Below are positions 39,576-48,950 of a stretch of 64,000 nt of DNA, piece by piece. The position numbers were made by a program, and so were the translations under genes. Under the pieces are notes generated by a model. It ran no database searches and had not been told where the DNA came from. It saw only the letters and a program-made list of their open reading frames with translations. This DNA comes from Fimbriimonadales bacterium (GTDB lineage Bacteria; Armatimonadota; Fimbriimonadia; Fimbriimonadales; GBS-DC): the NCBI GenBank assembly GCA_025998675.1, contig AP024673.1, positions 1,990,562 through 2,054,561 on the forward strand, in the 5' to 3' direction. Within the stretch, counting starts at the first letter, position 1. Every line of letters begins with the position of its first letter.

Positions 39576-40133
39576 ATGCGCCGGTTGTGTGTCGCGATTG
39601 TGCTGGGCGTCGGGCTGCTGCACGGGCAGCAGTCGCAGGGCGGACTCATCCAGTTCGGCAAGGTGAGTATCCGCTACTACAAACTCGATTACTCCCAGTT
39701 CAAGGGCGAGATTCGCGAAGTGGAGACGCGCGGCATACGCGGCTTTCCTGTGCGCGTCGAGTCGCCCGAGCAGTATTTCACGCTGACCTGCGCGCGCTTG
39801 AAAGCGACGCTGGGTCCCGACACTCAGCGCCGTCCTGCCGTGCGCACGGCGGAAGCCATCGGGCAGGTGGAGTTCGTTTACAATCGCCCGCAACCGCTGA
39901 GCAAGTTGAACGGCACGGCGCAGCGCGTCCTCTACGACGATCAGAAACGCACGGTGACGCTGGAGGGCGATGTCTCGCTGGACGGCGAGGACGAGTTCTA
40001 CTTCATTCGCTGGCGCGACAACGAGCGCATCGTGGTCTATCTGGAGGAGGAGCTGCAGCGCGTGGAAGCCACCGCCAAAATGCGCGACGGCGCGCCCATC
40101 GGCGTGATGACCATCGAGCCGAAGAAGCAGTAA
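39576..40133 (+). CDS. LptA/LptC (OstA-like_N) family periplasmic protein, putative
   Basis: Signal-like N-terminus; 'AQRVLYDDQKRTVTLEGDVSLDGED' resembles the LptA jellyroll repeat. Start Met uncertain. Confidence 0.4.
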   Translation: MRRLCVAIVLGVGLLHGQQSQGGLIQFGKVSIRYYKLDYSQFKGEIREVETRGIRGFPVRVESPEQYFTLTCARLKATLGPDTQRRPAVRTAEAIGQVEFVYNRPQPLSKLNGTAQRVLYDDQKRTVTLEGDVSLDGEDEFYFIRWRDNERIVVYLEEELQRVEATAKMRDGAPIGVMTIEPKKQ

Positions 40134-40136
40134 GGG

Positions 40137-40949
40137 CTACTCCAGGCGCAGCGCGTCGTTCATCTTCCCCGAGCGGTAGCCCTCCAGATCCAGCGCGACA
40201 TAGAGGTAGCCCAGCGACTTCATATGCGCCACAATCGCAGGCGCGTGATGCAGCACTTTCTCGAAGTCGCCCGGCTCGACCTCGATGCGCACGATGGCGT
40301 CGTGATGGCGCACGCGCACCTGACGGAAGCCCAGTTCGCGCAGGTAGCGCTCCGCGCGGTCGACTTTCTGCAGCAGCTCGCGCGTAATCACCGTGCCGTA
40401 GGGGAAGCGGCTGGACAGGCACGCAAACGAGGGCTTGTCCCAGATGGGCAGCCCCAGATGTTTCGCCAGCGCGCGGATGTCCGCCTTCGTGAAGCCCGCT
40501 TCCAGCAACGGCGCGCGCACGCCCTGCTCCTGCGCCGCGCGCATGCCCGGTCGGTAGTCGCCCAGATCGTCCGCATGCGCGCCGTCCGCAATCCATGGGA
40601 TGCCCTCCTCGTCGGCGACGCGGCGCAGCACCCCGTACAGCTCGGTCTTGCAGTGGTAGCAGCGGTCGGCGCGATTGACCTGAAACAGCGGGTTCTGCAG
40701 CTCGTGCGTGGGCACAATCCGCACGCGCACCCCGATTTGCTGCGCCAGTTGCAACGCCTGTTCAATCTCGCCTTCGGGGAACGCCTCCGACTTGCCGATG
40801 ACTGCGACGCATCGCGCGCCCAGCGCGTCGTGGGCGACCCGAACCAGCAGCGTGCTGTCTACCCCGCCCGACAGCCCGACGACCACCGCGCCCATCTCGC
40901 GCAGAATCGCCTGCAGTCGCTCGTACTTCGCCTGCAGATCGGGCGTCAT
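40137..40949 (-). CDS. PP-loop ATP pyrophosphatase, LarE/TIGR00268 family
   Basis: 'VVGLSGGVDSTLL' PP-loop; 'DRCYHCK' Cys motif. Confidence 0.75.
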   Translation of the reverse strand: MTPDLQAKYERLQAILREMGAVVVGLSGGVDSTLLVRVAHDALGARCVAVIGKSEAFPEGEIEQALQLAQQIGVRVRIVPTHELQNPLFQVNRADRCYHCKTELYGVLRRVADEEGIPWIADGAHADDLGDYRPGMRAAQEQGVRAPLLEAGFTKADIRALAKHLGLPIWDKPSFACLSSRFPYGTVITRELLQKVDRAERYLRELGFRQVRVRHHDAIVRIEVEPGDFEKVLHHAPAIVAHMKSLGYLYVALDLEGYRSGKMNDALRLE

Positions 40950-41452
40950 AGCGGAATCTCCCCCATCTGGGTCGCCTCCATCCGAATCAGCCGCCAGTCG
41001 TCATAGCGGATAATCAGCCACTTGCGCTGCGGGAACTTGCGGAACTCGAACTCCACCACGCCGAAGTCCCGCGAGTTGACGCCGCTGGGGTTGTTGGGGT
41101 CGCGCCACTGGATACGCACGGGCGTTCGCACGAGGATGCGTCCCGCGAAAATCTCCATCTGTGGCTCGCCCAGCTCGGCGCGGGGGTTCTGCGCGTTGCG
41201 GAAAAACAGCAGCAACTGGTTGCGCAGTCGCTGTTTGTCCATCCCGCTCCAGCTGAACTCGTCCGCGAGGAACTGCAGCATGCCGTCGATGTCCTCGTTT
41301 TCGAACGCCTGCTCGCCTTCAGCCAGCATCTGCAGGATTCGCGTGCGCGGCTCGATCTCTTTGGGCGTCGCCAGCGAAAGGAACACGCGCACGCCAATTA
41401 GCAGCAGCACGACGACGCCCAGCCCCAGCGCGAGTTTCGTGCGCGTTTGCAT
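40946..41452 (-). CDS. hypothetical membrane-anchored protein (NTF2-like/DUF4440-like?)
   Basis: Single N-terminal TM 'LALGLGVVVLLLIGV'; no motif recognized; 4-nt overlap/gap with neighbours on both sides (operon). Confidence 0.4.
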   Translation of the reverse strand: MQTRTKLALGLGVVVLLLIGVRVFLSLATPKEIEPRTRILQMLAEGEQAFENEDIDGMLQFLADEFSWSGMDKQRLRNQLLLFFRNAQNPRAELGEPQMEIFAGRILVRTPVRIQWRDPNNPSGVNSRDFGVVEFEFRKFPQRKWLIIRYDDWRLIRMEATQMGEIPL

Positions 41453-41455
41453 CGC

Positions 41456-42328
41456 TCACCATCCCTGCGGGTGCCACACGGTTTTGAACTCCAGATAGGG
41501 CTCAATCCAGTGCAGTCCCTGCGCGGCGTCGCTGCGCCACTCCTCAGGGGTCAGGCGCGGGCTGCGGTGCAGGCGTGTGATGGTTTCGGCGGCGGCTTGC
41601 TCCAGCGCGGCGCGCGTCTCATCGGGCGCGCCGCACAGGTTCAGCGCGTCGACCTCGACATGGCGCGCCAGGTGCGACAGCAGCTCATGCGGGCTGCCGC
41701 TCAGCAGGTTCACTACGCCCGCGGGCAGGTCGGAAGTCGCCAGCGCTTCCGCGAACGCCAGCCCCACCGTCGGAACCGCCTCAGGCAGCAGGGCAACGAC
41801 CGTGTTCCCGCTTACAATCGCAGGCGCGAGGAGGCTGCACAGCGACGCCAGCGGCGCCTCGTCCGGGCAGGCGATGCCCACCACGCCTGTCGGTTCGGGC
41901 ACTGTGAAGTTGTGCATCGGCATCGCGACTGGGTTCACAGCGGACAGCAGCGCGGCGAACTTATCGCTCCAGCCCGCGTAGTAGACCCAGCGGTCGATGC
42001 TGGCGTCGATTTCGGCGTCGGCGTCGTCGGGGGAAACGCCCAGCACGGCGTGCAGTTCCTCGCGGATTGCTGCGCGGCGCGTCTCCAGCATCTCGGCGAC
42101 GCGGTAGAGAATCTGCCCGCGATTGTAGGCGGTGCGCCTTGCCCAGCCCGATTGCGCTTTGTGGGCGGCTTGCACCGCGTCGCGGAGGTCTTTACGCGAC
42201 GCCTGCGGCGCATTCGCCCAGAACTCGCCACGCGCATCACGCACGGGGTACGCGCGCCCCGACTCGGAACGGATGAACGCGCCGCCCACCCACAGCTTAT
42301 AGGTCTTCAAAACCGTCGTGCGGCTCAT
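41456..42328 (-). CDS. aldehyde-dehydrogenase-like protein, N-terminal (NAD-binding) half only
   Basis: 'KLWVGGAFIRSESGRAYPVRDARGEF...GVVGIACPDEAPLASL...GNTVVALLPEAVPTVGLAFAEAL...LPAGVVNLLSG' aligns to ALDH residues ~1-290. Ends before the catalytic ELGGK/Cys region. Confidence 0.6.
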   Translation of the reverse strand: MSRTTVLKTYKLWVGGAFIRSESGRAYPVRDARGEFWANAPQASRKDLRDAVQAAHKAQSGWARRTAYNRGQILYRVAEMLETRRAAIREELHAVLGVSPDDADAEIDASIDRWVYYAGWSDKFAALLSAVNPVAMPMHNFTVPEPTGVVGIACPDEAPLASLCSLLAPAIVSGNTVVALLPEAVPTVGLAFAEALATSDLPAGVVNLLSGSPHELLSHLARHVEVDALNLCGAPDETRAALEQAAAETITRLHRSPRLTPEEWRSDAAQGLHWIEPYLEFKTVWHPQGW

Positions 42329-42388
42329 CGAAATTAGGACTTTCGTCCCTTGCGCGGGTTTTCCTGCCTGCAGGTATACTCCCTGCCG

Positions 42389-43111
42389 ATGGAAACACTG
42401 ACGGGTCAGGTGGCGTTGATTACAGGCGGCGGGCGCGGGATCGGCGCGGAGACCGCGAAACTGCTGGCGCAGCAGGGCGCAACAGTCGTGCTGATTGCCC
42501 GCACGCAGGCGCAGCTGGAGGCGACCGCCGCACAGATTCGCGATTCGGGCGGCGCGGCGTACTGGTTCACCGCCGATGTTTCCGACGAGATTGCCTTGCG
42601 TGAAGCGGTTCAGAGTGCGCTCAGCATCAACGGTGGGGTCGACATGCTGGTGAACAACGCGGGGTTTATTCAGTCATTCGGCGCGATTGCGGACAGCGAC
42701 CCTGCCGAGTGGTGGCGCACGCTGGAGGGCAATCTGAAGGGCATGTACCTGACCACGCGCCTGGTGTTGCCCAGCATGCTCGAGCAGGGGCGCGGGCAAA
42801 TTGTGAATGTGTTGTCGGTTGCGGGCGCGCGCGCCTTCGCCGGGCTGAGCGCGTACAGCTGCGCCAAAGCGGCGGGGCTGATGTTTACGCGCATTCTGGC
42901 GAAAGAGGTGCGCAAGCAGGGCGTCCGCGTGATGGCGATTCTGCCCGGCGCGGTGGACACCGCCATCTGGGGCGAGGGCGATAGCGTCCCCAATCGCGAG
43001 AAGATGATCCGTCCCGAAACTGTGGCGCGTCTGATTGTGCAGATGCTCACCACGCCACGCGACGCAACGGTAGACGAGCTGCTGGCGCTGCCGCAGGAAG
43101 GAATCCTGTGA
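42389..43111 (+). CDS. SDR-family oxidoreductase
   Basis: 'VALITGGGRGIGAETAK' Rossmann motif; 'NNAG'; 'YSCAKAAGLMFTRILAKEV' catalytic YxxxK. Confidence 0.9.
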   Translation: METLTGQVALITGGGRGIGAETAKLLAQQGATVVLIARTQAQLEATAAQIRDSGGAAYWFTADVSDEIALREAVQSALSINGGVDMLVNNAGFIQSFGAIADSDPAEWWRTLEGNLKGMYLTTRLVLPSMLEQGRGQIVNVLSVAGARAFAGLSAYSCAKAAGLMFTRILAKEVRKQGVRVMAILPGAVDTAIWGEGDSVPNREKMIRPETVARLIVQMLTTPRDATVDELLALPQEGIL

Positions 43112-43174
43112 GCAGGGAGTCGGCGAATTGAGTGGAACAAAAGCCCTATGGCTCGCAGGCGTCGCACCGTCCGA

Positions 43175-44209
43175 ATGGACTACGACAGTCCCTGGAAGGA
43201 GTTTATCACGGTCTTCTTCCGCGACCTCATCCGTGTCGTGTTGCCAGAGCTGCACAAGCAGATTAACTGGCGCAGGAAGCCGCGCTTTCTGGACAACGAG
43301 CTGAGGCGCATCTCGCCGCAGAGCGAGACAGGCAGGCTATACACGGATCGTCTGGTGCGTGTATGGCTCAAGAATGGCGTCGCGCGCGTGATTCATATCA
43401 TCGTGGAGGCGCAATCCCAGATGATTGAGGCGCTGGGCAAGCGTGTGTTCACCTACTACGCGCGCGCGTGGATTGAACTGCGCACGGACATCGTATGCAT
43501 CGTCATCCTGGCAGATAAGAACCCCAACTGGAAGCCTGATAGCTATGTGCGCGACCTGCCCGGCACACGGCTGGAGTTTCGTTTCCACGCGGTGAAGCTC
43601 CTGACAATGGATGAGAACGATCTGATTGCACAGGTACGGCGCAAGAGTCCGGCGGCGCTCCTGTTGCTGGCGTTCCGTCGCGCGATGGAAGCGGAGAGCA
43701 ATCTGGACGCTCGATTCGAAGCGCGCAAGGAAATCGTGCGCCTGATGCTCGAATTCGGGTATAATCCAGACGACCAGGCGCACATCCTGCGCTTGCTGGA
43801 GTGGATTATGGCGCTACCAGAGACTCTGGAACGGGCGGTTGAGGAGTTTATCGAGGAATACAAGCGCGAGAAGAAAACTACTTTCGTCTCGCGCCTTGAG
43901 CGTCAGGCAATCGCTCAGGGCATCCAGCAGGGTATTGAGCAGGGCATTCAGCAGGGCATTCAGCAGGGTATCCAGCAGGGTATCCAGCAGGGGCGTGTTG
44001 AGGCGCTTCGGAGCGCGGTGGAGCAGGTGGTGCGGCGTCGTTTCGGCGAAGCGTCGCTCGACGCGGCGCACACGATGCTTGTCCAGCTTGAGGAATTAGA
44101 ACAGCTCACGCAGGCGCTCGACCTTGCCCTGAGCGCCGAGTCGCCCGAAACGCTTCTGGAGCAGCTGCGGGCGCTCCTGAACGATTCTAATCGCTCAGCT
44201 CTTCAATAA
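43175..44209 (+). mobile_element. Rpn-family (YhgA-like, PD-(D/E)XK) recombination-promoting nuclease / putative transposase with C-terminal (QQGI)n repeat
   Basis: 'DRLVRVWLKNGVARVIHIIVEAQSQ...RVFTYYARAW' core; C-terminal 'QGIQQGIEQGIQQGIQQGIQQGIQQG' DUF4351-like repeat. Confidence 0.55.
43915..43995 (+). repeat. 15-nt tandem repeat (x5) encoding QQGI(E/Q)
   Basis: 'cagcagggtattgagcagggcattcagcagggcattcagcagggtatccagcagggtatccagcag'. Confidence 0.8.
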
Positions 44210-44951
44210 TCTGCATGCGCTCTTTGAGGACTTCGGTCTCGCCAAGCAGAGCGATGGCTTTCTGAGTCAGTTCGCGTGCGTCGTCGGCGGAGCCAAGCCA
44301 CTGCATCATGCCCGCCGTGATGTCGTATAGGTCTTCGAAAACCGCCTGCATCGTGCGCACGCTCGGCGTGTACGCCCACTCCGAATTTGCCAGCGACTGC
44401 CACGCGCGCAAAATGTAGGGGTAGGCGCGTTCGGGGTTGCCCTCCGCCAGCGCCAGCTGCGCCAGCCCCAGAAACGCCTCCGTGCTGCTGGGATAATGAC
44501 GCAGCACCTGCAGGTATGCCGTCCACGCCTCGTGCAGGTCGCCCAGCTCGTGCTGCAGGATTTCCGCACGGCGCAGCAGGGGGAAAAAGCCCTTCGGCTC
44601 CAGACTCAACCACTGGTCGATGTAGCGGAGCGCGCGCTGCGGCTGGTTCCTGTTGAGGGCTTGCTCGATCAGTTCGTCCAGGGCGGCGATCGCAGTCTCT
44701 TTGGCTCGGCTTGCCACCACCGGCGATTGCAGCAACACTAATGGGAGCGCTATCTGCAGAGCCGCTTCGTAGTCCCCATCCGCAAGGCACAACTGCGCCT
44801 CGTCACACGCCGCCGCCGATTCCAGAAGAGCCTGAACCCCTTCGTGGTCGATGTGTCCCTTCAGTGTCTGGCGCATCAAATCGGACGATGTCAGCTCCGT
44901 TCGCATGGTCGCTGCGTATAATATACCTGAAACAACCGCAGGGGTTGTCAA
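44187..44951 (-). CDS. TPR-repeat protein
   Basis: Repeated 'A...Y.....G....A' TPR-like helices; convergent overlap with the Rpn gene. Confidence 0.5.
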   Translation of the reverse strand: MTTPAVVSGILYAATMRTELTSSDLMRQTLKGHIDHEGVQALLESAAACDEAQLCLADGDYEAALQIALPLVLLQSPVVASRAKETAIAALDELIEQALNRNQPQRALRYIDQWLSLEPKGFFPLLRRAEILQHELGDLHEAWTAYLQVLRHYPSSTEAFLGLAQLALAEGNPERAYPYILRAWQSLANSEWAYTPSVRTMQAVFEDLYDITAGMMQWLGSADDARELTQKAIALLGETEVLKERMQIIEELSD

Positions 44952-45053
44952 GGGGGCGTGTAGAATCCCAAACTCGCGGAATCAGGCGAAACTGGAAGGG
45001 CACAGAAGCGCATTATGCAGGGTATCTGTGGAGCGCGAATACACCCTATTGGC

Positions 45054-45130
45054 TGGCGCGCCCGGAGGGATTCGAACCCCCGACCCCCAGATCCGAAGTC
45101 TGGTGCTCTGATCCGCTGAGCTACGGGCGC
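45054..45130 (-). tRNA. tRNA-Arg (anticodon TCG)
   Basis: Minus-strand sequence GCGCCCGTAGCTCAGCGGATCAGAGCACCAGACTTCGGATCTGGGGGTCGGGGGTTCGAATCCCTCCGGGCGCGCCA folds as a cloverleaf with anticodon loop CTTCGGA. Confidence 0.85.
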
Positions 45131-45134
45131 ACAT

Positions 45135-45211
45135 GGTCGGGGCGCCCGGACTCGAACCGGGGACCTCTACCACCCCATGGTAGCGCGCTAACCATACTGC
45201 GCCACGCCCCG
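45135..45211 (-). tRNA. tRNA-Pro (anticodon GGG)
   Basis: Minus-strand CGGGGCGTGGCGCAGTATGGTTAGCGCGCTACCATGGGGTGGTAGAGGTCCCCGGTTCGAGTCCGGGCGCCCCGACCA; anticodon loop ATGGGGT; encoded CCA. Confidence 0.85.
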
Positions 45212-45321
45212 ACAGCACCTATTATACCCGATACCCACGGCGCATGCAACAGTCGCTGCCGATAGGCAAAACCATACGCGCGTCGAAAACGGGTATACTA
45301 CGCTACTATCCTAAGGAGGCT

Positions 45322-45645
45322 ATGCATATGGCGAAGGCGATTACGCAGAGCGAATGGCAGGCGGAGGTATTGAACTCGTCCGTTCCCGTCCTGGTGGACT
45401 TCTGGGCGGTCTGGTGCGGTCCGTGCCGCCTGATTGCCCCGATTGTCGAAGAGTTAGCCCACCAGTACGAAGGCAAACTCAAGGTGTATAAGGTGGATGT
45501 CGATCAGGAGCAGTCGCTTGCGATGCAGTACGGGATTATGAGCATCCCGACGCTGCTGTTGTTCAAAAATGGGCAGGTTGTCGAGCAGATTGTGGGCGCG
45601 TTGCCCAAGGGCGCGATTGAACAGCGCCTTGCGAAGCACCTGTGA
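45322..45645 (+). CDS. trxA: thioredoxin
   Basis: 'VLVDFWAVWCGPCRLIAPIVEELAHQYEGKLKVYKVDVDQEQSLAMQYGIMSIPTLLLFKNGQ'. AGGAGG RBS; the start may be the second ATG at 45328. Confidence 0.95.
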   Translation: MHMAKAITQSEWQAEVLNSSVPVLVDFWAVWCGPCRLIAPIVEELAHQYEGKLKVYKVDVDQEQSLAMQYGIMSIPTLLLFKNGQVVEQIVGALPKGAIEQRLAKHL

Positions 45646-45657
45646 GCCTTTGCACTC

Positions 45658-46704
45658 CTACCCATTCTCCATAATCGCTTGTAATAGCTGCCCTGCGCCG
45701 AACCGAACAGGGTCGGTGCAGGGCAATTTTGTTTCGGATTCGACCTGCGCAATCGCCGCGCGCGCATCCGATTCGCTCAGATGTGCGGTGTTGAGCGCGA
45801 CAGCGACCACCTGGGACGGATAGAACGCGCCGCCCATCGCGGCGACCTGTTCGTAGATGCGAATCACCGCGGGCAGCGGCGGGATGGGCACATCGGGAAA
45901 GGTGCGGATATGCGTCTGCCCCGCGCGATGCACCAGAATCAGGTGCGTCGGCTGTGCGCCGCGCAAGAGCGGCAGCGTCGCCGTCGACGCGGGATTGGTG
46001 AGCGCGCCCTGACCCTCGATGTGAACCACCTCCGCGTCCTCCGCCAGCGCACACACGAACTGCTCCACCGCACCCGAAGCGAAGTCCACGCGCACAGCGT
46101 CCAGCGCAACGCCGCTCCCCTCAATCATAATTCCTGTCTGCCCCGTCGCCAGGAAGCGCGAGCGCATGCCCTGCTGCAGGCACGCCCGATGCATCTCCAG
46201 ACTTACGGTCATCTTGCCGACCGCCATATCCGTGCCGACAGTCAGCACACGCTTGCATGCCAGGTGGCGCGCTTTGCCCGACCCAACGCCCAGTCCGGGC
46301 GGCTCCTTGCGTACATCCCAGATCCACTGGCAACTGTGCAGGAACGGCGCGAGGTCCGGGTGCTTGGCGAGCGGCGCGTGCATGCCGTTCACGAGGTTCA
46401 GCCCCGCCAGCACCGCCGTGCGCACCTCGCGCCACATCTCGGCAGGCAGCGCGCCCCCCGACGGCGCAACGCCAATCACCAGCGTATCGGGGCGGTACGC
46501 CATCGCTTCCTGCACCGACGCCACAATCGGTACCTCACGCGGGATGCCCGTCAATGCAGGGAGCGACTGCCCCGCGCATTCGCGGTCAATCACCGCTGCG
46601 ATGGGGTTCTGGCTATAACGCAGCAAGCCCAGCCCCGTCTTGCCGAACTTGCCCAGAATCCCCTCGTGCATCAAAATCGCCAGTCGGTTGTCGGGCTTCA
46701 GCAT
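45658..46704 (-). CDS. DUF1611-family protein (DgcN-like Rossmann/P-loop fold), putative
   Basis: 'LTVGTDMAVGKMTVSLEMHRACLQQGMRSRFLATGQTGIMIEGSGVALDAVRVDFASGAVEQ' resembles the DUF1611 core. Recalled, not searched. Confidence 0.45.
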   Translation of the reverse strand: MLKPDNRLAILMHEGILGKFGKTGLGLLRYSQNPIAAVIDRECAGQSLPALTGIPREVPIVASVQEAMAYRPDTLVIGVAPSGGALPAEMWREVRTAVLAGLNLVNGMHAPLAKHPDLAPFLHSCQWIWDVRKEPPGLGVGSGKARHLACKRVLTVGTDMAVGKMTVSLEMHRACLQQGMRSRFLATGQTGIMIEGSGVALDAVRVDFASGAVEQFVCALAEDAEVVHIEGQGALTNPASTATLPLLRGAQPTHLILVHRAGQTHIRTFPDVPIPPLPAVIRIYEQVAAMGGAFYPSQVVAVALNTAHLSESDARAAIAQVESETKLPCTDPVRFGAGQLLQAIMENG

Positions 46705-46817
46705 CGCAACGGGCGAGATTATACCTGTGTATCGGGTATACTGAAAACGCCTTGCGGGCAACCACGCTGTCTTCCTCTCCGGCGGCAAGGTCTATCTCAA
46801 GCAGCGAGGTGAACTCT

Positions 46818-47507
46818 ATGACCATCAAGTGGGCGCTGGTGAAAACCAGCCCCTTTCAGGGGCTCAGCGAGGAAGAGACACACGACATTCTGAGCCGCAT
46901 GCTGTGTGTGCATTACGATCCGGGCGAGCGCCTGGAGCTGGGGCGCGAGCCAGGCGGCTGGTGGGTTGTGGAGAAGGGACTGATGAAAGTCTACTCCATC
47001 GCGCCCGACGGGAGCGCACTGACCTACGCGATTCTGGGCGCGGGCGACTCGTTTGGCGAAACCACCATCCTCACGGGGCACTGGGTGCGCGCGACCGTCG
47101 AGGCACTCGAGCCGACCGAAGTCCGCTACCTCTCCGCCGACCAGTTCGAAACGCTCCTGCGCGAGCATCCCGACTTTGCGCTGGCGCTGCTGCGCAATTT
47201 AGCCGAGCGCATCCGCCAATCCGAAGAGCGCGTGTTTCATATCAGCCGCCTCAAACTGGGGCAGCGCGTCGCGCACGCCCTGCTCGGACTGGCGCAGACC
47301 ATCGGGGAGCAAACCGATGCGGGACTCGAAATCCACCTCACCCACCAGGAGATTGCCGACTATGTGGGGGCGAGTCGCGAAGCGGTCAGTCGCACCCTGG
47401 GGCGCTGGGCGCGCAAGGGCTGGATCGCCACCAACCGCAAATCGGTGATTATCAAAGACCTGCGTCCGTTCCAGATCGCCGTGGGTCAAACGCACACCGC
47501 CGCATAA
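46818..47507 (+). CDS. Crp/Fnr-family transcriptional regulator
   Basis: cNMP-binding-like domain 'GERLELGREPGGWWVVEKGLMKV...GAGDSFGE'; C-terminal HTH 'LTHQEIADYVGASREAVSRTLGRWARKGWI'. Track ORF has a spurious 187-codon N-terminal extension. Confidence 0.9.
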   Translation: MTIKWALVKTSPFQGLSEEETHDILSRMLCVHYDPGERLELGREPGGWWVVEKGLMKVYSIAPDGSALTYAILGAGDSFGETTILTGHWVRATVEALEPTEVRYLSADQFETLLREHPDFALALLRNLAERIRQSEERVFHISRLKLGQRVAHALLGLAQTIGEQTDAGLEIHLTHQEIADYVGASREAVSRTLGRWARKGWIATNRKSVIIKDLRPFQIAVGQTHTAA

Positions 47508-47539
47508 AAAAGCGGGTGGAGAGACGCCCCTCTCCACCC
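47505..47539 (-). terminator. rho-independent terminator (fasciclin gene), possibly bidirectional for crp
   Basis: GGGTGGAGAG-acgccc-CTCTCCACCC perfect stem followed on the minus strand by GCTTTTTTAT. Confidence 0.6.
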
Positions 47540-47565
47540 GACCGAGTTGCGAGGTGATTGGTCGC

Positions 47566-47967
47566 TTACTTGGGCATAATAACCCTGTCAATCACATGGA
47601 TGACGCCGTTATCCGCCTCGATGTCGGTCTGAATAACATTCGCCTCATCCACGCGCACGCCGCCCTCCGTGCTGACTGTGATGCTCTGACCCTGCACGGT
47701 CGGGATTTGGGTGCTGCGCGCCACATCCGCCGCCATCAGCTTGCCTGGCGCCACATGGTAGGTCAGAATCGCCGTGAGTTGCTCCTTGTTTGCCAGCACG
47801 GCTTGCAGCGTGTCCTGGGGAATCTGGGCGAACGCCTCGTCGGTCGGCGCGAACACGGTGAAGGGACCTTCCCCACTCAGCGTCTCGACCAGACCCGCCG
47901 CCTGAACGGCTTGAACGAGCGTTTTGAACGAACCAGCCTGTACCGCGATATCCACAATCGTTGGCAT
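47566..47967 (-). CDS. fasciclin (FAS1) domain protein
   Basis: '[35 protein letters not shown]...[10 protein letters not shown]...TVQGQSITV...[22 protein letters not shown]'. Confidence 0.9.
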   Translation of the reverse strand: MPTIVDIAVQAGSFKTLVQAVQAAGLVETLSGEGPFTVFAPTDEAFAQIPQDTLQAVLANKEQLTAILTYHVAPGKLMAADVARSTQIPTVQGQSITVSTEGGVRVDEANVIQTDIEADNGVIHVIDRVIMPK

Positions 47968-48098
47968 AGTGAACCTCCTGTCGTCATTGCGCCTATCAGC
48001 GCGTCAAGAGTATAACTGACGCAGGGCGCGCCGTTTCCGTGATTCGAATCACACAACCCCAGATTCGGGGTATAATCGCCTCACAAAGGAGGCGTTGC

Positions 48099-48383
48099 AT
48101 GGAATCGTCGGAGCGCACGGATGTGTATGCACTGTTGCGCTACACGCTGGAGCTGTATCTGGCAAGCGCATGGCAGCATATGGGGTTCCTTCCCGACCCT
48201 GCCACCGGGCAGACCCATGTCGCGCTGGAAGAGGCTCAAATCGCCATCGATTGTGCTGACTTTCTGGCAGGAAAACTCAAGCCGCGCCTCGAACCAGAGG
48301 AGCAACGGGAGTACGAACGGCGACTCCGCGATTTGAAGTTGAACTTTCTCGCCAAGCAACGCGAGCAACGCACGGAGGCATAG
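48099..48383 (+). CDS. small DUF1844-like protein
   Basis: 'LELYLASAWQHMGFLPDPATGQTHVALEEAQIAIDCADFLAGKL' pattern recalled for DUF1844. Alternative start at 48039. Confidence 0.4.
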   Translation: MESSERTDVYALLRYTLELYLASAWQHMGFLPDPATGQTHVALEEAQIAIDCADFLAGKLKPRLEPEEQREYERRLRDLKLNFLAKQREQRTEA

Positions 48384-48386
48384 CAG

Positions 48387-48938
48387 ATGGGGATGATTGT
48401 TTGGGCGCGAACCTTCGCGCAGGGCATTCGTAAAGGCGTATGGCGTGCGCAGACAGTCGGGCGCATCTACTGGACGCGCGCTCAGGGCATCTGGCGGTCG
48501 CTGCCGGAGACCGCCCGCGAGCAGATACGGCACTGGCGCGGCACAAGCGTCGAGTTCCCGATAGAGGAACAGCGCGCCCTGCTGGCAGAGTATTACGATC
48601 GATTTGAGCAGCTGGCAGAGCTGATTTGTGATGCGGCGTTCGCAGGCGAGGGCGCGCCGTTTCAGGAGCAGTACGCCCAGTCGCGTCGCTGGCTCCTGCG
48701 CGCGTATCCCCAGATTAAGCCATACCTGACCGCCCATTTGAACTGCGACCCCAGCGATGCGGAGTTCGGCAGGCGCATCGCGGGCAGAGCGACCGACGCG
48801 ATGGAGGCGCTGTTTATCGCGGAGAGCCTCGACGAGGTCATTCGCAACGATCAGGGCGACCTCATCGGGCGGCTGGAGCGGGCGCGCAGCGCGCTCTACC
48901 GCTACAGCGACTACCTGCGCGAGGTTATCAGCGGGTAG
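48387..48938 (+). CDS. hypothetical protein
   Basis: 183-aa ORF tightly packed between the DUF1844-like gene and ispG, same strand; no family recognized. Confidence 0.4.
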   Translation: MGMIVWARTFAQGIRKGVWRAQTVGRIYWTRAQGIWRSLPETAREQIRHWRGTSVEFPIEEQRALLAEYYDRFEQLAELICDAAFAGEGAPFQEQYAQSRRWLLRAYPQIKPYLTAHLNCDPSDAEFGRRIAGRATDAMEALFIAESLDEVIRNDQGDLIGRLERARSALYRYSDYLREVISG

Positions 48939-48950
48939 AATTATCCCGCT

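Noticed and set aside
43915-43995. Short tandem repeat that could suggest a CRISPR-like or VNTR locus
   Set aside because: It is in-frame coding sequence (QQGI repeats) of the Rpn-family protein. There are no spacers and no cas genes, so it is not a CRISPR array.
44711-45265. 184-aa plus-strand ORF spanning the tRNA genes
   Set aside because: Overlaps two clearly folded tRNA genes on the opposite strand.
46257-46817. N-terminal 187-codon extension of the Crp-family ORF
   Set aside because: Antisense to the DUF1611 gene. Canonical Crp proteins start at the MTIKW... Met at 46818.
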